Part shown: in pieces, positions 27,649 to 36,463 of the stretch
Position numbering within the stretch: the stretch's first letter is position 1
Layout of the letters: every line of letters begins with the position of its first letter
Source of the DNA: Actinomycetota bacterium
GTDB taxonomy: Bacteria > Actinomycetota > Acidimicrobiia > Acidimicrobiales > CADCSY01
Direction: 5' to 3'
DNA: 55,708 nt
NCBI GenBank assembly: GCA_016781105.1
Contig: JADDRA010000038.1
Location: forward strand, 1-55,708
The notes under the pieces: generated by a model
Databases searched by the model: none
What the model was told of the DNA's origin: nothing
The model's input: the letters and a program-made list of their open reading frames with translations, nothing else
Position numbers and translations under genes: made by a program

Positions 27649-27695
27649 TTCTTTGTCGCGTTGCGTACCCATGCGGTCCAGAACGCGACAAAGAA
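27649..27695 (+). terminator. 14-bp perfect inverted repeat (TTCTTTGTCGCGTT / AACGCGACAAAGAA), 19-nt loop; terminator-like hairpin or operator upstream of pdxS
   Basis: The repeat was base-paired by hand. It lies 8 nt after the DUF3048 stop and 43 nt before the pdxS ATG. It is locally AT-rich compared with its surroundings. Confidence 0.45.
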
Positions 27696-27737
27696 CGAGG
27701 GGAGAGAGGGAGGGTGGCGGGTCGTAGACTCGAGGCC

Positions 27738-28688
27738 ATGACCGAGGCCAGCGAGCCCACCGAGCCCACCGAGCCCACCGAGCCCACCCAGCCCGGCCAA
27801 CCCAGACACCGATCGCTCACCGGCACCTTCCGGGTCAAGCGGGGCCTGGCCGAGATGCTCGAGGGGGGCGTCATCATGGACGTGGTCGACGCCGACCAGG
27901 CTCGGGTGGCCGAGGACGCCGGCGCCGTGGCCGTGATGGCCCTGGAGCGGGTCCCGGCCGACATCCGCCGCCACGGCGGCGTGGCCCGCATGAGCGACCC
28001 GGCCATGATCGAGCGCATCAAGGCAGCGGTGACCATCCCGGTCATGGCCAAGGCCCGCATCGGGCACTTCGCCGAGGCCCAGGTGCTCGACGCCCTGGGG
28101 GTCGACTTCATCGACGAGTCCGAGGTCCTCACCCCCGCCGACGAGGCCCACCACATCGACAAGTGGGCCTTCGACGTCCCCTTCGTGTGCGGTGCCACCA
28201 CCCTGGGGGAGGCCCTGCGGCGCATCAGCGAGGGAGCGGCCATGATCCGCTCCAAGGGTGAGGCGGGCACCGGCAACATCGTCGAGGCCGTGCGCCACCT
28301 CCGGGCCATCACCGGCGACATCCGCCGCCTCTCGGTGGCCGACCCGGCCGAGCGCTACGACTGGGCCAAGCGCCTGCCCGCTCCCATCGGGCTGGTCAAC
28401 GAGGTGGCCGAGGCCGGCGTGCTGCCCGTCCCCCTCTTCTGCGCCGGGGGCATCGCCACGCCCGCCGACGCCGCCCTGGTCATGCAGCTCGGCGCGGCGG
28501 CGGTGTTCGTGGGCTCGGGGATCTTCAAGAGCGCCGAGCCCGCCCGCATGGCCCGGGCCATCGTCGAGGCCACCACCCACCACGGTGACCCCGCCCTGGT
28601 GGCCAAGGTCAGCCGGGGCCTGGGCGAGGCCATGCCCGGTCTGGAGGTCGGCTCGCTGGAGACCCGCCTGGCCGACCGGGGCTGGTGA
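27738..28688 (+). CDS. pdxS: Pyridoxal 5'-phosphate synthase, lyase subunit
   Basis: The PdxS core is highly conserved: [95 protein letters not shown]. Confidence 0.95.
   Translation: MTEASEPTEPTEPTEPTQPGQPRHRSLTGTFRVKRGLAEMLEGGVIMDVVDADQARVAEDAGAVAVMALERVPADIRRHGGVARMSDPAMIERIKAAVTIPVMAKARIGHFAEAQVLDALGVDFIDESEVLTPADEAHHIDKWAFDVPFVCGATTLGEALRRISEGAAMIRSKGEAGTGNIVEAVRHLRAITGDIRRLSVADPAERYDWAKRLPAPIGLVNEVAEAGVLPVPLFCAGGIATPADAALVMQLGAAAVFVGSGIFKSAEPARMARAIVEATTHHGDPALVAKVSRGLGEAMPGLEVGSLETRLADRGW
27753..27788 (+). repeat. Perfect 9-bp tandem repeat GAGCCCACC x4 inside the pdxS N-terminal extension (encodes EPT x4)
   Basis: Read directly from the sequence at 27753-27788. The repeat is in frame. 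Confidence 0.9.
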
Positions 28689-28730
28689 GGGTGAGCGTGT
28701 CCATGGCGGCCACGGCCGGGAAGCCACCAG

Positions 28731-29309
28731 GTGCCCGGGGCCCGGGTCGGCGTGCTGGCCCTGCAGGGGTCGGCCCGCCTCCACGTCGCCGCCTTCGCTG
28801 AGCTGGGGGCCACCCCGGTCGAGGTACGCACCCCCGCCGACCTGGCCGGGGTCGACGCCCTGGTGGTGCCCGGGGGGGAGTCGACCACCCTCTCGCTCCT
28901 GCTCGGATCCTCGGGCCTGCGCCCGGCCCTGGAGGACCGTGTGGCCGGCGGCCTGCCCGTGCTGGGCACCTGTGCCGGGATGATCATGTGCGCCGGGGAG
29001 GTCCTCGGTGGCCGGCCCGACCAGCGCAGCGTGGGCGCGCTCGACATCACCGTGCGCCGCAACGCCTTTGGGCGCCAGCGCGAGTCCTTCGAGGCCGACC
29101 TCGACATCGACGAGCTGGCCGGCGGCCCCTTCGCGGCCGTGTTCATCCGGGCTCCGGTCGTGGCCCGGGCCGGACCCGAGGTCGAGGTCCTGGCCCGCCT
29201 GCCCGAGGGCCCGGTGCTGTGCCGCTCCGGCGGCGTCGTGGTCGCCGCCTTCCACCCCGAGCTCGGCGGCGACCTCCGCCTCCACCAGTCGTTCCTGGAA
29301 AGGATCTGA
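28731..29309 (+). CDS. pdxT: Pyridoxal 5'-phosphate synthase, glutaminase subunit
   Basis: The sequence shows VGVLALQGS, PGGESTT, GTCAGMI (catalytic Cys), RNAFGRQ and FHPEL. Confidence 0.92.
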   Translation: MPGARVGVLALQGSARLHVAAFAELGATPVEVRTPADLAGVDALVVPGGESTTLSLLLGSSGLRPALEDRVAGGLPVLGTCAGMIMCAGEVLGGRPDQRSVGALDITVRRNAFGRQRESFEADLDIDELAGGPFAAVFIRAPVVARAGPEVEVLARLPEGPVLCRSGGVVVAAFHPELGGDLRLHQSFLERI

Positions 29310-29311
29310 AC

Positions 29312-30064
29312 ATGTCCGGACACTCCAAGTGGGCCAGCATCAAGCACCAGAAGGGGGCCAAGGACAAGGCCCGGGGCAAGCTCTTCGCCAAGCTGATCCG
29401 CCAGGTGGAGGTCACGGCCCGGGCCGGAGGAAGCGACCTCGATTCCAACGCCACCCTGCGCACGATGTACCAGAAGGCCAGGGATGCCTCGGTGCCCCTC
29501 GACACCATCGAGCGGGCCATCAAGCGGGGCAGCGGCGAGCTGGAGGGGGTGCGCTACGAGCCGGCGTCCTACGAGGGCTACGCGCCGTGCGGCGTGGCCG
29601 TCTACGTGGAGGTGCTGACCGACAACCGCAACCGCACCGGTGCCGACATCCGCTCTCTGTTCAGCCGCAACGGCGGGTCGCTGGCCGAGCCCGGGGCGGT
29701 GGCCTGGCAGTTCGAGCGCAAGGGGGTGGTGATCGTCCCCAAGGAGGCGGGCTCGGAGGACGACCTCATGCTGGTGGTGCTCGACGCCGGGGCCGACGAC
29801 CTGGTCGAGGAGGGCGACACCTGGCGGGTGACGTGCGACCCCTCGGCGCTCGGAGACGTCCGGGCCGCCCTGGACGCGGCCGCGGTCGACGTCGTCTCGG
29901 CCGACGTGACCATGGTGCCCACCTCCACCGTCGCCCTGGAGGGAGCCGAGGACGCCAAGAAGGTGCTGCGCCTCATCGACGCCCTCGACGACCACGACGA
30001 CGTCCAGGACGTCTACGCCAACTTCGACGTGGCCGACGACGTCCTCCAGGCAGTCGAGGCCTGA
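29312..30064 (+). CDS. yebC: YebC/PmpR family DNA-binding transcriptional regulator
   Basis: The start MSGHSKWASIKHQKGAKDKARGKLFAKLIRQVEVTARAGG is diagnostic of the family. Confidence 0.92.
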   Translation: MSGHSKWASIKHQKGAKDKARGKLFAKLIRQVEVTARAGGSDLDSNATLRTMYQKARDASVPLDTIERAIKRGSGELEGVRYEPASYEGYAPCGVAVYVEVLTDNRNRTGADIRSLFSRNGGSLAEPGAVAWQFERKGVVIVPKEAGSEDDLMLVVLDAGADDLVEEGDTWRVTCDPSALGDVRAALDAAAVDVVSADVTMVPTSTVALEGAEDAKKVLRLIDALDDHDDVQDVYANFDVADDVLQAVEA

Positions 30065-30081
30065 CCCGCCCGCCCTCCACC

Positions 30082-30130
30082 TTCTGGCAGTGGAAGCGTG
30101 GCGGTGACCGCAACGGTCCCACTGCCAGAA
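30082..30130 (+). terminator. 12-bp perfect inverted repeat (TTCTGGCAGTGG / CCACTGCCAGAA), 25-nt loop, downstream of yebC
   Basis: The repeat was base-paired by hand and lies 18 nt after the yebC stop. Confidence 0.45.
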
Positions 30131-30138
30131 ACGAGGTG

Positions 30139-30172
30139 CCGGGGCGGTCGGGGCGGGCCGGGGCGGTCGGGG
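30139..30172 (+). repeat. 15-bp direct repeat CCGGGGCGGTCGGGG x2 (4-nt spacer) forming a run of G3-4 tracts (G-quadruplex-capable)
   Basis: GGGGcggtcGGGGcGGGccGGGGcggtcGGGG was read directly. It lies in the yebC-ruvC intergenic region. Confidence 0.6.
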
Positions 30173-30205
30173 TCCACCTCCTGGCCTTCCTGGTGGGCTA
30201 GCCTG

Positions 30206-30221
30206 TCGAACCAGTGTTCGT
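30206..30221 (+). promoter_or_regulatory. Putative LexA (SOS) box overlapping the ruvC start codon
   Basis: TCGAAC-cagt-GTTCGT matches the actinobacterial SOS-box consensus TCGAAC-N4-GTTCGA at 11 of 12 positions. The ruvC GTG (30214) lies inside the box. Confidence 0.55.
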
Positions 30222-30720
30222 GCTCGGTGTCGACCCCGGCCTCACTCGGTGCGGCTACGGCGCCGTGGCCCGGGACGGGCGGGGCCTGCGTGCGGTTCGG
30301 GCCGGGATCCTCACCACCGACGTCGCCGCTCCGTTGCCCGAGCGCCTGGCCGAGCTCCAGGCCGGCCTGCGGGCGCTCATGGCCGAGCTGGCCCCGGCCG
30401 CGGTGGCGGTGGAGCGGGTGTTCTTCCAGGTCAACGCCCGCACGGCCATGTCGGTGGGCCAGGCCAGCGGCCTGGCCCTGGCCGAGGCGTCGGCCCGGGG
30501 GTGCGAGGTGGTCGAGTACAGCGCCAACGAGGTGAAGCGGGCCGTGGCCGGCTTCGGGGGCGCGCCCAAGGAGCAGGTCCAGCGCATGGTCCAGGCCCAG
30601 CTCGGCCTGGCCCAGCGACCCCATCCGCCCGACGCCGCCGACGCCCTGGCCCTGGCCCTGTGCCACCACGCCACGGCCCCCCTTCGGGCCCGCCTGGCCG
30701 CCGCCAAGGCCCGCTCGTGA
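30214..30720 (+). CDS. ruvC: Crossover junction endodeoxyribonuclease RuvC
   Basis: The sequence shows VLGVDPGLTRCGYG, VAVERVFFQVNARTAM and PPDAADALALALCH. Confidence 0.9.
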   Translation: MFVLGVDPGLTRCGYGAVARDGRGLRAVRAGILTTDVAAPLPERLAELQAGLRALMAELAPAAVAVERVFFQVNARTAMSVGQASGLALAEASARGCEVVEYSANEVKRAVAGFGGAPKEQVQRMVQAQLGLAQRPHPPDAADALALALCHHATAPLRARLAAAKARS

Positions 30721-31334
30721 TCGGCTCCCTGCGAGGGACGCTGCTGGAGGCGGGCCTCGACGGCACCGTCGTGGTGGAGGTGGGCGGGGTGGGCTACCGC
30801 GTCGCGGTGCCCCCGGTCGCCGTGCCCGGCCTGGGCTCGCCCGGGGCCGGCGTGGTGCTCCACACCCACCTGGCGGTGCGGGAGGACGCTCTCACCCTCT
30901 ACGGGTTCCCCCACCGCGACGAGCGGGCCTGCTTCGAGGCGCTCATCGGGGCGCACGGAGTGGGCCCGGCCCTGGCCCTGGCCGTGCTGTCGGTCCACAC
31001 GCCCGACGCGCTCCGCCGGGCGGTGGCCGACGACGACGTGGGCGCGCTGTGCCTGGTCCCCGGCGTGGGCCGCAAGACCGCCGCCCGCCTGCTCATCGAG
31101 CTGAAGGACCGCCTCGGGCCGGCTCCGTCCGGTCCTGAGGGCGAGAGGCTGGACGCCGACGGCGCCCGCCTCCCGGCTGGGGCGCCACCGGCCCGGGCCG
31201 AGGTGCGCCAGGCCCTGGCCAGCCTCGGCTACGAGGCCGACGAGGTGCGCGAGGCGGTGCGCGAGCTGCCCGAGAGCGACGACGTGGCCAGCCTGCTGCG
31301 GGCCGCCCTCGCCCATCTGGGCCGGTCCCGCTGA
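30717..31334 (+). CDS. ruvA: Holliday junction branch migration complex subunit RuvA
   Basis: The GTG overlaps the ruvC stop. The sequence shows IGSLRGTL...[16 protein letters not shown], the HhH motifs [12 protein letters not shown] and [19 protein letters not shown], and the C-terminal domain [12 protein letters not shown]. Confidence 0.9.
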   Translation: MIGSLRGTLLEAGLDGTVVVEVGGVGYRVAVPPVAVPGLGSPGAGVVLHTHLAVREDALTLYGFPHRDERACFEALIGAHGVGPALALAVLSVHTPDALRRAVADDDVGALCLVPGVGRKTAARLLIELKDRLGPAPSGPEGERLDADGARLPAGAPPARAEVRQALASLGYEADEVREAVRELPESDDVASLLRAALAHLGRSR

Positions 31335-32368
31335 TGGCCGGTCGGGAGGAGATCCTCACCGCCACGGTGGTCGACGGGGAGGAGGCCGAGGAGCCGGGGC
31401 TGCGACCCCGGCGCCTGGCCGACTTCGTGGGCCAGGCCGAGCTCAAGGACCACCTGTCGATCGTCCTGGAGGCGGCCCGGGGGCGGGCCCAGGCGGCCGA
31501 CCACCTCCTCTTCGCCGGCCCCCCGGGCCTGGGCAAGACGACGCTGGCCGGCATCGTGGCCGCGGAGATGGAGGTGGGCCTGCGGATCACCTCGGGGCCG
31601 GCGCTGTCCCGGCCGGGCGACCTGGCCGCCATCCTGACCAACCTGGAGGAGGGCGAGGTCCTCTTCGTCGACGAGGTCCACCGCCTGCCCCGGACCGTGG
31701 AGGAGGTCCTCTACCCGGCCATGGAGGACTTCCAGCTCGACATCGTGCTGGGCCAGGGCCCCTCGGCCCGCTCCATCCGCCTCGACCTGCCCCGCTTCAC
31801 CCTGGTGGGCGCGACCACCCGCACCGGTCTCATCACCGGCCCGCTGCGGGACCGCTTCGGTCTGGTCGAGCGCCTCGACCACTACCCGGCTGCCGACCTC
31901 GAGGCCATCCTGGTGCGGGCGGCCGGCATCCTCGGCGTGCCCACCACCCCCGAGGGCGCCGCCGAGATCGCCGGCCGGGCCCGGGGGACCCCCCGCATCG
32001 CCAACCGGCTGCTGCGCCGGGTGCGGGACTTCGCCCAGGTGCGGGGGACCGGCGTGGTCGACGCCGCCGCCGCTCGAGCCGGGCTGGCCGCGTTCGGCGT
32101 CGACGACCTCGGCCTCGACAAGGTCGACCGGGCCATCCTGGTGGCGGTGTGCGAGCGCTTCGGCGGGGGCCCGGTGGGCCTGTCGACGCTGGCCATCAGC
32201 ATGAGCGAGCCGGCCGAGACGGTCGAGGACGTCTACGAGCCCTTCCTGATCCGCCAGGGCCTGCTCATGCGCACCCCTCGAGGGCGGGTCGCCACCCCGG
32301 CGGCGTGGCGCCGCCTGGGCCTGGACCCGCCCCCGGGTGCCGCCCCCGCCTCGGGGCTGTTCGACTGA
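31334..32368 (+). CDS. ruvB: Holliday junction branch migration DNA helicase RuvB
   Basis: The sequence shows [12 protein letters not shown], Walker [10 protein letters not shown], Walker [19 protein letters not shown] and [16 protein letters not shown]. Confidence 0.95.
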   Translation: MAGREEILTATVVDGEEAEEPGLRPRRLADFVGQAELKDHLSIVLEAARGRAQAADHLLFAGPPGLGKTTLAGIVAAEMEVGLRITSGPALSRPGDLAAILTNLEEGEVLFVDEVHRLPRTVEEVLYPAMEDFQLDIVLGQGPSARSIRLDLPRFTLVGATTRTGLITGPLRDRFGLVERLDHYPAADLEAILVRAAGILGVPTTPEGAAEIAGRARGTPRIANRLLRRVRDFAQVRGTGVVDAAAARAGLAAFGVDDLGLDKVDRAILVAVCERFGGGPVGLSTLAISMSEPAETVEDVYEPFLIRQGLLMRTPRGRVATPAAWRRLGLDPPPGAAPASGLFD

Positions 32369-32379
32369 CCGCAGCTCGG

Positions 32380-32424
32380 TTTCTGGGTGATCGAGGTGAC
32401 TGGTCCACCTCGATCACCCAAAAA
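32380..32424. terminator. Strong hairpin between convergent ruvB and the S1 protease gene (15-bp perfect stem, 7-nt loop, extendable with one mismatch)
   Basis: TGGGTGATCGAGGTG-actggtc-CACCTCGATCACCCA is flanked by TTTC and AAAA, which extend the stem. It lies 12 nt after the ruvB stop and 4 nt after the protease stop, so it is a likely bidirectional terminator. Confidence 0.55.
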
Positions 32425-32427
32425 GGC

Positions 32428-33348
32428 CTACAGGCGGGGGGCGGTGACCAGCTCGAAGTCGGTCCCGAGGACGTCCTCGGCCCGCTCGAGCTGGGGGGCC
32501 AGCCGGGTGATGCCGACCAGGCCGGCATCGAGCCCGTCACCGGTCAGCAGGCTGTCGTCGCCCAGGTTCAGCCCGGTGGTGACCACCACGCCCACGGCCC
32601 GGCCCTCCTCGTCGAGCACGGGCCCGCCGCTGTCGCCCGGGAGCACCAGGCCGGTGGCGAAGACGTGGTCGGGGTCGGGCATGCCGAGGGCCAGGAACGA
32701 CTTCTGGGTCACGCCGTTGCCCAGCCCGAGGGGGTTGCCGTAGTTCGACAGCACGGTGGGCTCGAGGCCGGACTGGCTGTCGTTGATGCCGGTGGGCCCA
32801 CCGAAGCCGCAGACCTGGGGGCTGGCCTCGACGTCGTCGTCGAGCTCGATGAGGGCGAAGTCCTTGGGGTCGGACTGGATGGCGTAGACGAACTCCCCGA
32901 TGCGGTTGCCCTCGCCGTCGGTGGCCTCGGGGCCCTCACCGGCCGCGAAGGTCACCTCGCCGTTGTCCTGCTGGCCCACCGGCGAGGTGGCCAGGATGCA
33001 GTGGCCGGCGGTGCCCATGAAGCGGTCGCCGTCGGGGTCGGTGAACATGAAGTTCAAGGTGCAGGAGCCGCCCTCGGTCTGGACCAGGGCGCCGGGGCGC
33101 ACGCCCGGGCACGAGCCCACTGCGAAGGGGGCGGCGGTGGGCACCTCGGCGAGGCCGGGTGTCGGGATGAGGTTGCAGGGGCGGCCGCCGAGGGTCCAGT
33201 CGGAGCCACCGGCCCGGTCGGTGCCGCTGGACGTGGGCGGGCCCAGCAGGCCTCCGAGGCCGTCGAGCAGCCCGGCCCGGGCGGGCGTGGCCACGGCGAG
33301 CAGGGCGATGATGGTGAGGAGCGCCGGAAGGGCGCGGCGGGGGGACAT
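32428..33348 (-). CDS. Secreted trypsin-like (S1 family) serine protease
   Basis: The signal peptide is MSPRRALPALLTIIALLAVATPARA. The catalytic His context is GTAGHCI and the catalytic Ser context is LPGDSGGPVLDEEGRAVGVV. Confidence 0.8.
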   Translation of the reverse strand: MSPRRALPALLTIIALLAVATPARAGLLDGLGGLLGPPTSSGTDRAGGSDWTLGGRPCNLIPTPGLAEVPTAAPFAVGSCPGVRPGALVQTEGGSCTLNFMFTDPDGDRFMGTAGHCILATSPVGQQDNGEVTFAAGEGPEATDGEGNRIGEFVYAIQSDPKDFALIELDDDVEASPQVCGFGGPTGINDSQSGLEPTVLSNYGNPLGLGNGVTQKSFLALGMPDPDHVFATGLVLPGDSGGPVLDEEGRAVGVVVTTGLNLGDDSLLTGDGLDAGLVGITRLAPQLERAEDVLGTDFELVTAPRL

Positions 33349-33498
33349 GGACACACACGCTACTGGCCGTGGCCGCCAACCCACGCGCGCCCGTCGCCTT
33401 GATCGGGGCCCGCGACTGGTCGGGTCGGAGGGCGCGCTAGGGTCCCCACCCGGTCACCGGGCCGGCGTGGCGCGGCGCGGTGGAACCTCCTCCCTCCT

Positions 33499-33810
33499 AT
33501 GGCAGAGCTCATCCCCTTCGTCCTGCTCCTGGGCCTGATGTGGTTCCTGCTCATCCGGCCCCAGCAGGCCCGGCTGCGCAAGCAGCGGGAGCTGGTGGCC
33601 TCGATCGAGGTGGGTCAGCAGGTCCTGACCGCCGGGGGCCTGATCGGCACCGTGCGGGTGCTCACCGACGACGAGGTGCACCTGGAGGTGAGCCCGGGCG
33701 TGGAGGTGCGCATGGTGCGCGCCGCCGTCACCCGTCGCCTCGATCCCGACGGCTCGGGCGGGGACGAGGTGCCCGGTGACGACCAGGCGCCCGGAGGCGC
33801 AGGGGGGTGA
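33499..33810 (+). CDS. yajC: Preprotein translocase subunit YajC
   Basis: The sequence reads LIPFVLLLGLMWFLLIRPQQARLRKQRELVASIEVGQQVLTAGGLIGTV. Confidence 0.85.
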   Translation: MAELIPFVLLLGLMWFLLIRPQQARLRKQRELVASIEVGQQVLTAGGLIGTVRVLTDDEVHLEVSPGVEVRMVRAAVTRRLDPDGSGGDEVPGDDQAPGGAGG

Positions 33811-35240
33811 AGGTCCGCCGTCGCCTGCTGCTGTCGCTGTTCGCCATCGTGCTCGTCGCCTTCGGATCCCTGGCCGCCACCCTGGCCGTGGGCAACGAGC
33901 CCGAGCTGGGCCTCGACCTCCAGGGCGGGGTGTCGGTGGTGCTTCAGCCCCCCGAGGGTGTCGACGACCCCGAGGTGATCGACCAGGCCATCGACGTCAT
34001 CCGCCAGCGGGTCGACGAGCTGGGCGTGGCCGAGCCCGAGATCACCCGCCAGGGCAATGCCGTGGTGGTGGAGCTGCCGGGGGTGGGCGACCGGGAGCGG
34101 GCCCTGGAGGTGATCGGCCAGACGGCCGAGCTGCGGTTCCGTCCCGTCACCGACGTGATCCCGCCGGCCGGCACCCCGGGGGCGCCGGCCACCACGGCCC
34201 CGGTGACGGTGACACCCCAGGCCGAGGACCTCCCCGAGGCCGAGGTCGTCCTGCCCGCCGAGGCGCCCGAGGGGAGGCCACCCGTGCTCTACCGCCTGGG
34301 TCCGGCCGGGGCCGTGGGCGCCGACATCGCCGACGCCCAGGCCGTGTTCGCCCAGGCCCAGGCCGAGTGGTCGGTGCTGCTCACCTTCACCGGTGAGGGG
34401 ATCGGGCGCTTCAACCAGCTGGCCGAGGCCTGCTTCGGCGGCCAGCCCACCTGCTCCCAGGGGGCGGTGGCCATCGTGCTCGACGGCATCGTGGTGTCCT
34501 CACCGACCGTCCAGGACGCCTCGTTCACCGCCAACGAGGTCACCATCACGGGAAACTTCAGGGAGGAGGAGGCCAAGGACCTCGCCCTGGTGCTGCGCTA
34601 CGGCGCCCTGCCCGTCCAGCTCGAGCAGGAGTCGGTCTCGACCGTCTCGGCCACCCTCGGCGCCGACTCGCTGCGGGCCGGCCTGTTGGCCGGGGCGCTG
34701 GGGACAGCGCTGGTGCTGGTGTACCTGCTGCTGTACTACCGCGCCCTCGGCCTGGTCGTCGCCCTCGGGCTGTGCGTGTGGGGGGCGCTGCAGTGGTCGG
34801 TCATCAGCTACCTCGGGGCGAACCAGGGGCTGGCCCTCAGCCTGGCCGGGGTCACCGGCATCATCGTGTCGGTGGGGGTGACGGTCGACTCCTACATCGT
34901 GTACTTCGAGCGGCTCAAGGACGAGGTGCGCAGCGGACGGAGCCTGCGCTCGTCGGTCGACCGCAGCTTCAAGCGGGCCTTCCGCACGATCCTGGCCGCC
35001 GACTTCTCGGCCTTCCTGGGCGCGTTCCTGCTGTGGCTGCTGACCGTGGGCGCGGTCCGGGGCTTCGCCTTCTTCCTCGGGCTGTCGACGGTGCTCGACG
35101 TGGTGGTGGCCTACTTCTTCACCCGCCCGCTGGTCGCCCTGCTGGGCCGGCGCAAGGCCTTCACCTCGGCCCGCTTCATCGGCGTGGCCCGGGGGGTGGC
35201 CGAGCCCGCCGGGCGCCGACCGGTGGGAGCGGCCCGGTGA
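33807..35240 (+). CDS. secD: Protein translocase subunit SecD
   Basis: The GTG overlaps the yajC stop. The sequence shows LGLDLQGGVSVVLQ, VDELGVAEPEITRQG and the C-terminal TM bundle with GIIVSVGVTVDSYIVYFERLKDE. Confidence 0.92.
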   Translation: MKVRRRLLLSLFAIVLVAFGSLAATLAVGNEPELGLDLQGGVSVVLQPPEGVDDPEVIDQAIDVIRQRVDELGVAEPEITRQGNAVVVELPGVGDRERALEVIGQTAELRFRPVTDVIPPAGTPGAPATTAPVTVTPQAEDLPEAEVVLPAEAPEGRPPVLYRLGPAGAVGADIADAQAVFAQAQAEWSVLLTFTGEGIGRFNQLAEACFGGQPTCSQGAVAIVLDGIVVSSPTVQDASFTANEVTITGNFREEEAKDLALVLRYGALPVQLEQESVSTVSATLGADSLRAGLLAGALGTALVLVYLLLYYRALGLVVALGLCVWGALQWSVISYLGANQGLALSLAGVTGIIVSVGVTVDSYIVYFERLKDEVRSGRSLRSSVDRSFKRAFRTILAADFSAFLGAFLLWLLTVGAVRGFAFFLGLSTVLDVVVAYFFTRPLVALLGRRKAFTSARFIGVARGVAEPAGRRPVGAAR

Positions 35241-36433
35241 GGGGCAACGGCTCCCGCCCCGGCGGGCGGCGCCGGGGCCCCTTCGGGCGGCTCTACCACG
35301 GGGAGACCGCCATCGACTTCGTGGGCCGCGCCACGCTGTGGTTCGGCCTCTCGGCCCTGGTGATCCTGGTCGGTCTGGGGTCGCTCGCCATCCGGGGGCT
35401 CAACCTCGGCATCGACTTCCGGGGTGGGACCTCCTGGGTGGTGGCCGGCGACGTCGACGTCGACGCAGCCCGTGACGCCGTGGCCCGCGTGGGCGTCGCC
35501 GGCGCCGACGTCCAGACCCTCGGCGGTGAGGAGGGCCAGCGGCTGCGGGTGCAGGCCGAGCCGGGCACCGAGGCGGAGCGGAGCGAGGTCAGCGCCGCCC
35601 TGGCCGAGCTGGCCGGCGTGGAGCCCGGCGAGGTCCAGGTCACCCAGGTCAGCCCCTCGTGGGGGTCGGAGATCACGAGCAAGGCCGAGCGTGCCCTGCT
35701 GATCTTCCTCGCCGCCATCACGCTGTACATCACCGTGCGCTTCGAGTGGAAGATGGCGGTGGCCACCCTGGTCGCCCTGGTGCACGACATCCTCGTGACC
35801 GTCGGCGTCTACTCGCTGACGGGCTTCGAGGTGACCCCTGCCACGGTGATCGCCATCCTGACCGTGCTGGGCTACTCGATCTACGACGGCATCGTCGTGT
35901 TCGACAAGGTCGACGAGAACGCCCAGGTCCTGGCCACCACCGGGCGCACCACCTACAGCACGATGGTGAACGAGTCCCTCAACCAGGTGCTGATGCGCAC
36001 CCTCAACACCTCCATCACCGCGCTCATCCCCATCGTCTCGCTGCTGGTGATCGGCTCCTTCGTGCTCGGGGCGGCCACGCTCCAGGAGTTCGCCCTGGCC
36101 CTGCTGGTGGGACTGGGCGCTAGCGCCTACTCCTCCATCTTCATCGCCTCGCCCCTCCTGGCCCGGCTCAAGGAGCGCGAGGCCCGCTACGCCTCCCTGC
36201 GCAACCGCCTGGAGGGCCGCAGCGCCCCCCTGGTGACCACGGGAGCAGCGTCGCGTCCTTCGGCGGCTGACCGCCGCGGCGGCCCCGAGGGTGACGGTGC
36301 CTCCTCGCCGCCGACCCCCGCACCGGCAGCCAAGGGGAGGGTTGAGGCCAAGGGGGGCGACGGCCGGCTACCGTCCCCGGCGCCCCCGGGCGCCGTCGTC
36401 CCCCGGCCTCGCAAGAAGGGCAAGCGCCGCTAG
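35237..36433 (+). CDS. secF: Protein translocase subunit SecF (with Pro/Ala/Gly/Arg-rich C-terminal tail)
   Basis: The GTG overlaps the secD stop. The sequence shows IDFVGRATLWFGLSALVILVGL, LGIDFRGGT, LVHDILVTVGVYSL and GYSIYDGIVVFDKV. The last 75 aa or so are low-complexity. Confidence 0.9.
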   Translation: MRGNGSRPGGRRRGPFGRLYHGETAIDFVGRATLWFGLSALVILVGLGSLAIRGLNLGIDFRGGTSWVVAGDVDVDAARDAVARVGVAGADVQTLGGEEGQRLRVQAEPGTEAERSEVSAALAELAGVEPGEVQVTQVSPSWGSEITSKAERALLIFLAAITLYITVRFEWKMAVATLVALVHDILVTVGVYSLTGFEVTPATVIAILTVLGYSIYDGIVVFDKVDENAQVLATTGRTTYSTMVNESLNQVLMRTLNTSITALIPIVSLLVIGSFVLGAATLQEFALALLVGLGASAYSSIFIASPLLARLKEREARYASLRNRLEGRSAPLVTTGAASRPSAADRRGGPEGDGASSPPTPAPAAKGRVEAKGGDGRLPSPAPPGAVVPRPRKKGKRR

Positions 36434-36463
36434 CAAGCATTTTCCCGAACTACGCTTGCTCTG

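Noticed and set aside
27447-29995. Long minus-strand ORFs of 612 aa (27447-29285) and 546 aa (28355-29995), antisense to pdxS, pdxT and yebC.
   Set aside because: They lie antisense to three unmistakable conserved genes. Their translations are low-complexity (runs of G, A, R and P), and the apparent LGGLGG repeat is only the reverse reading of the EPT microsatellite.
27753-30172. Short tandem or direct repeats (9 bp x4 at 27753; 15 bp x2 at 30139), considered as possible CRISPR or other repeat arrays.
   Set aside because: The units are far too short and too few, there are no spacers of CRISPR size, and no cas genes are present. One repeat is an in-frame coding microsatellite, and the other is an intergenic duplication.
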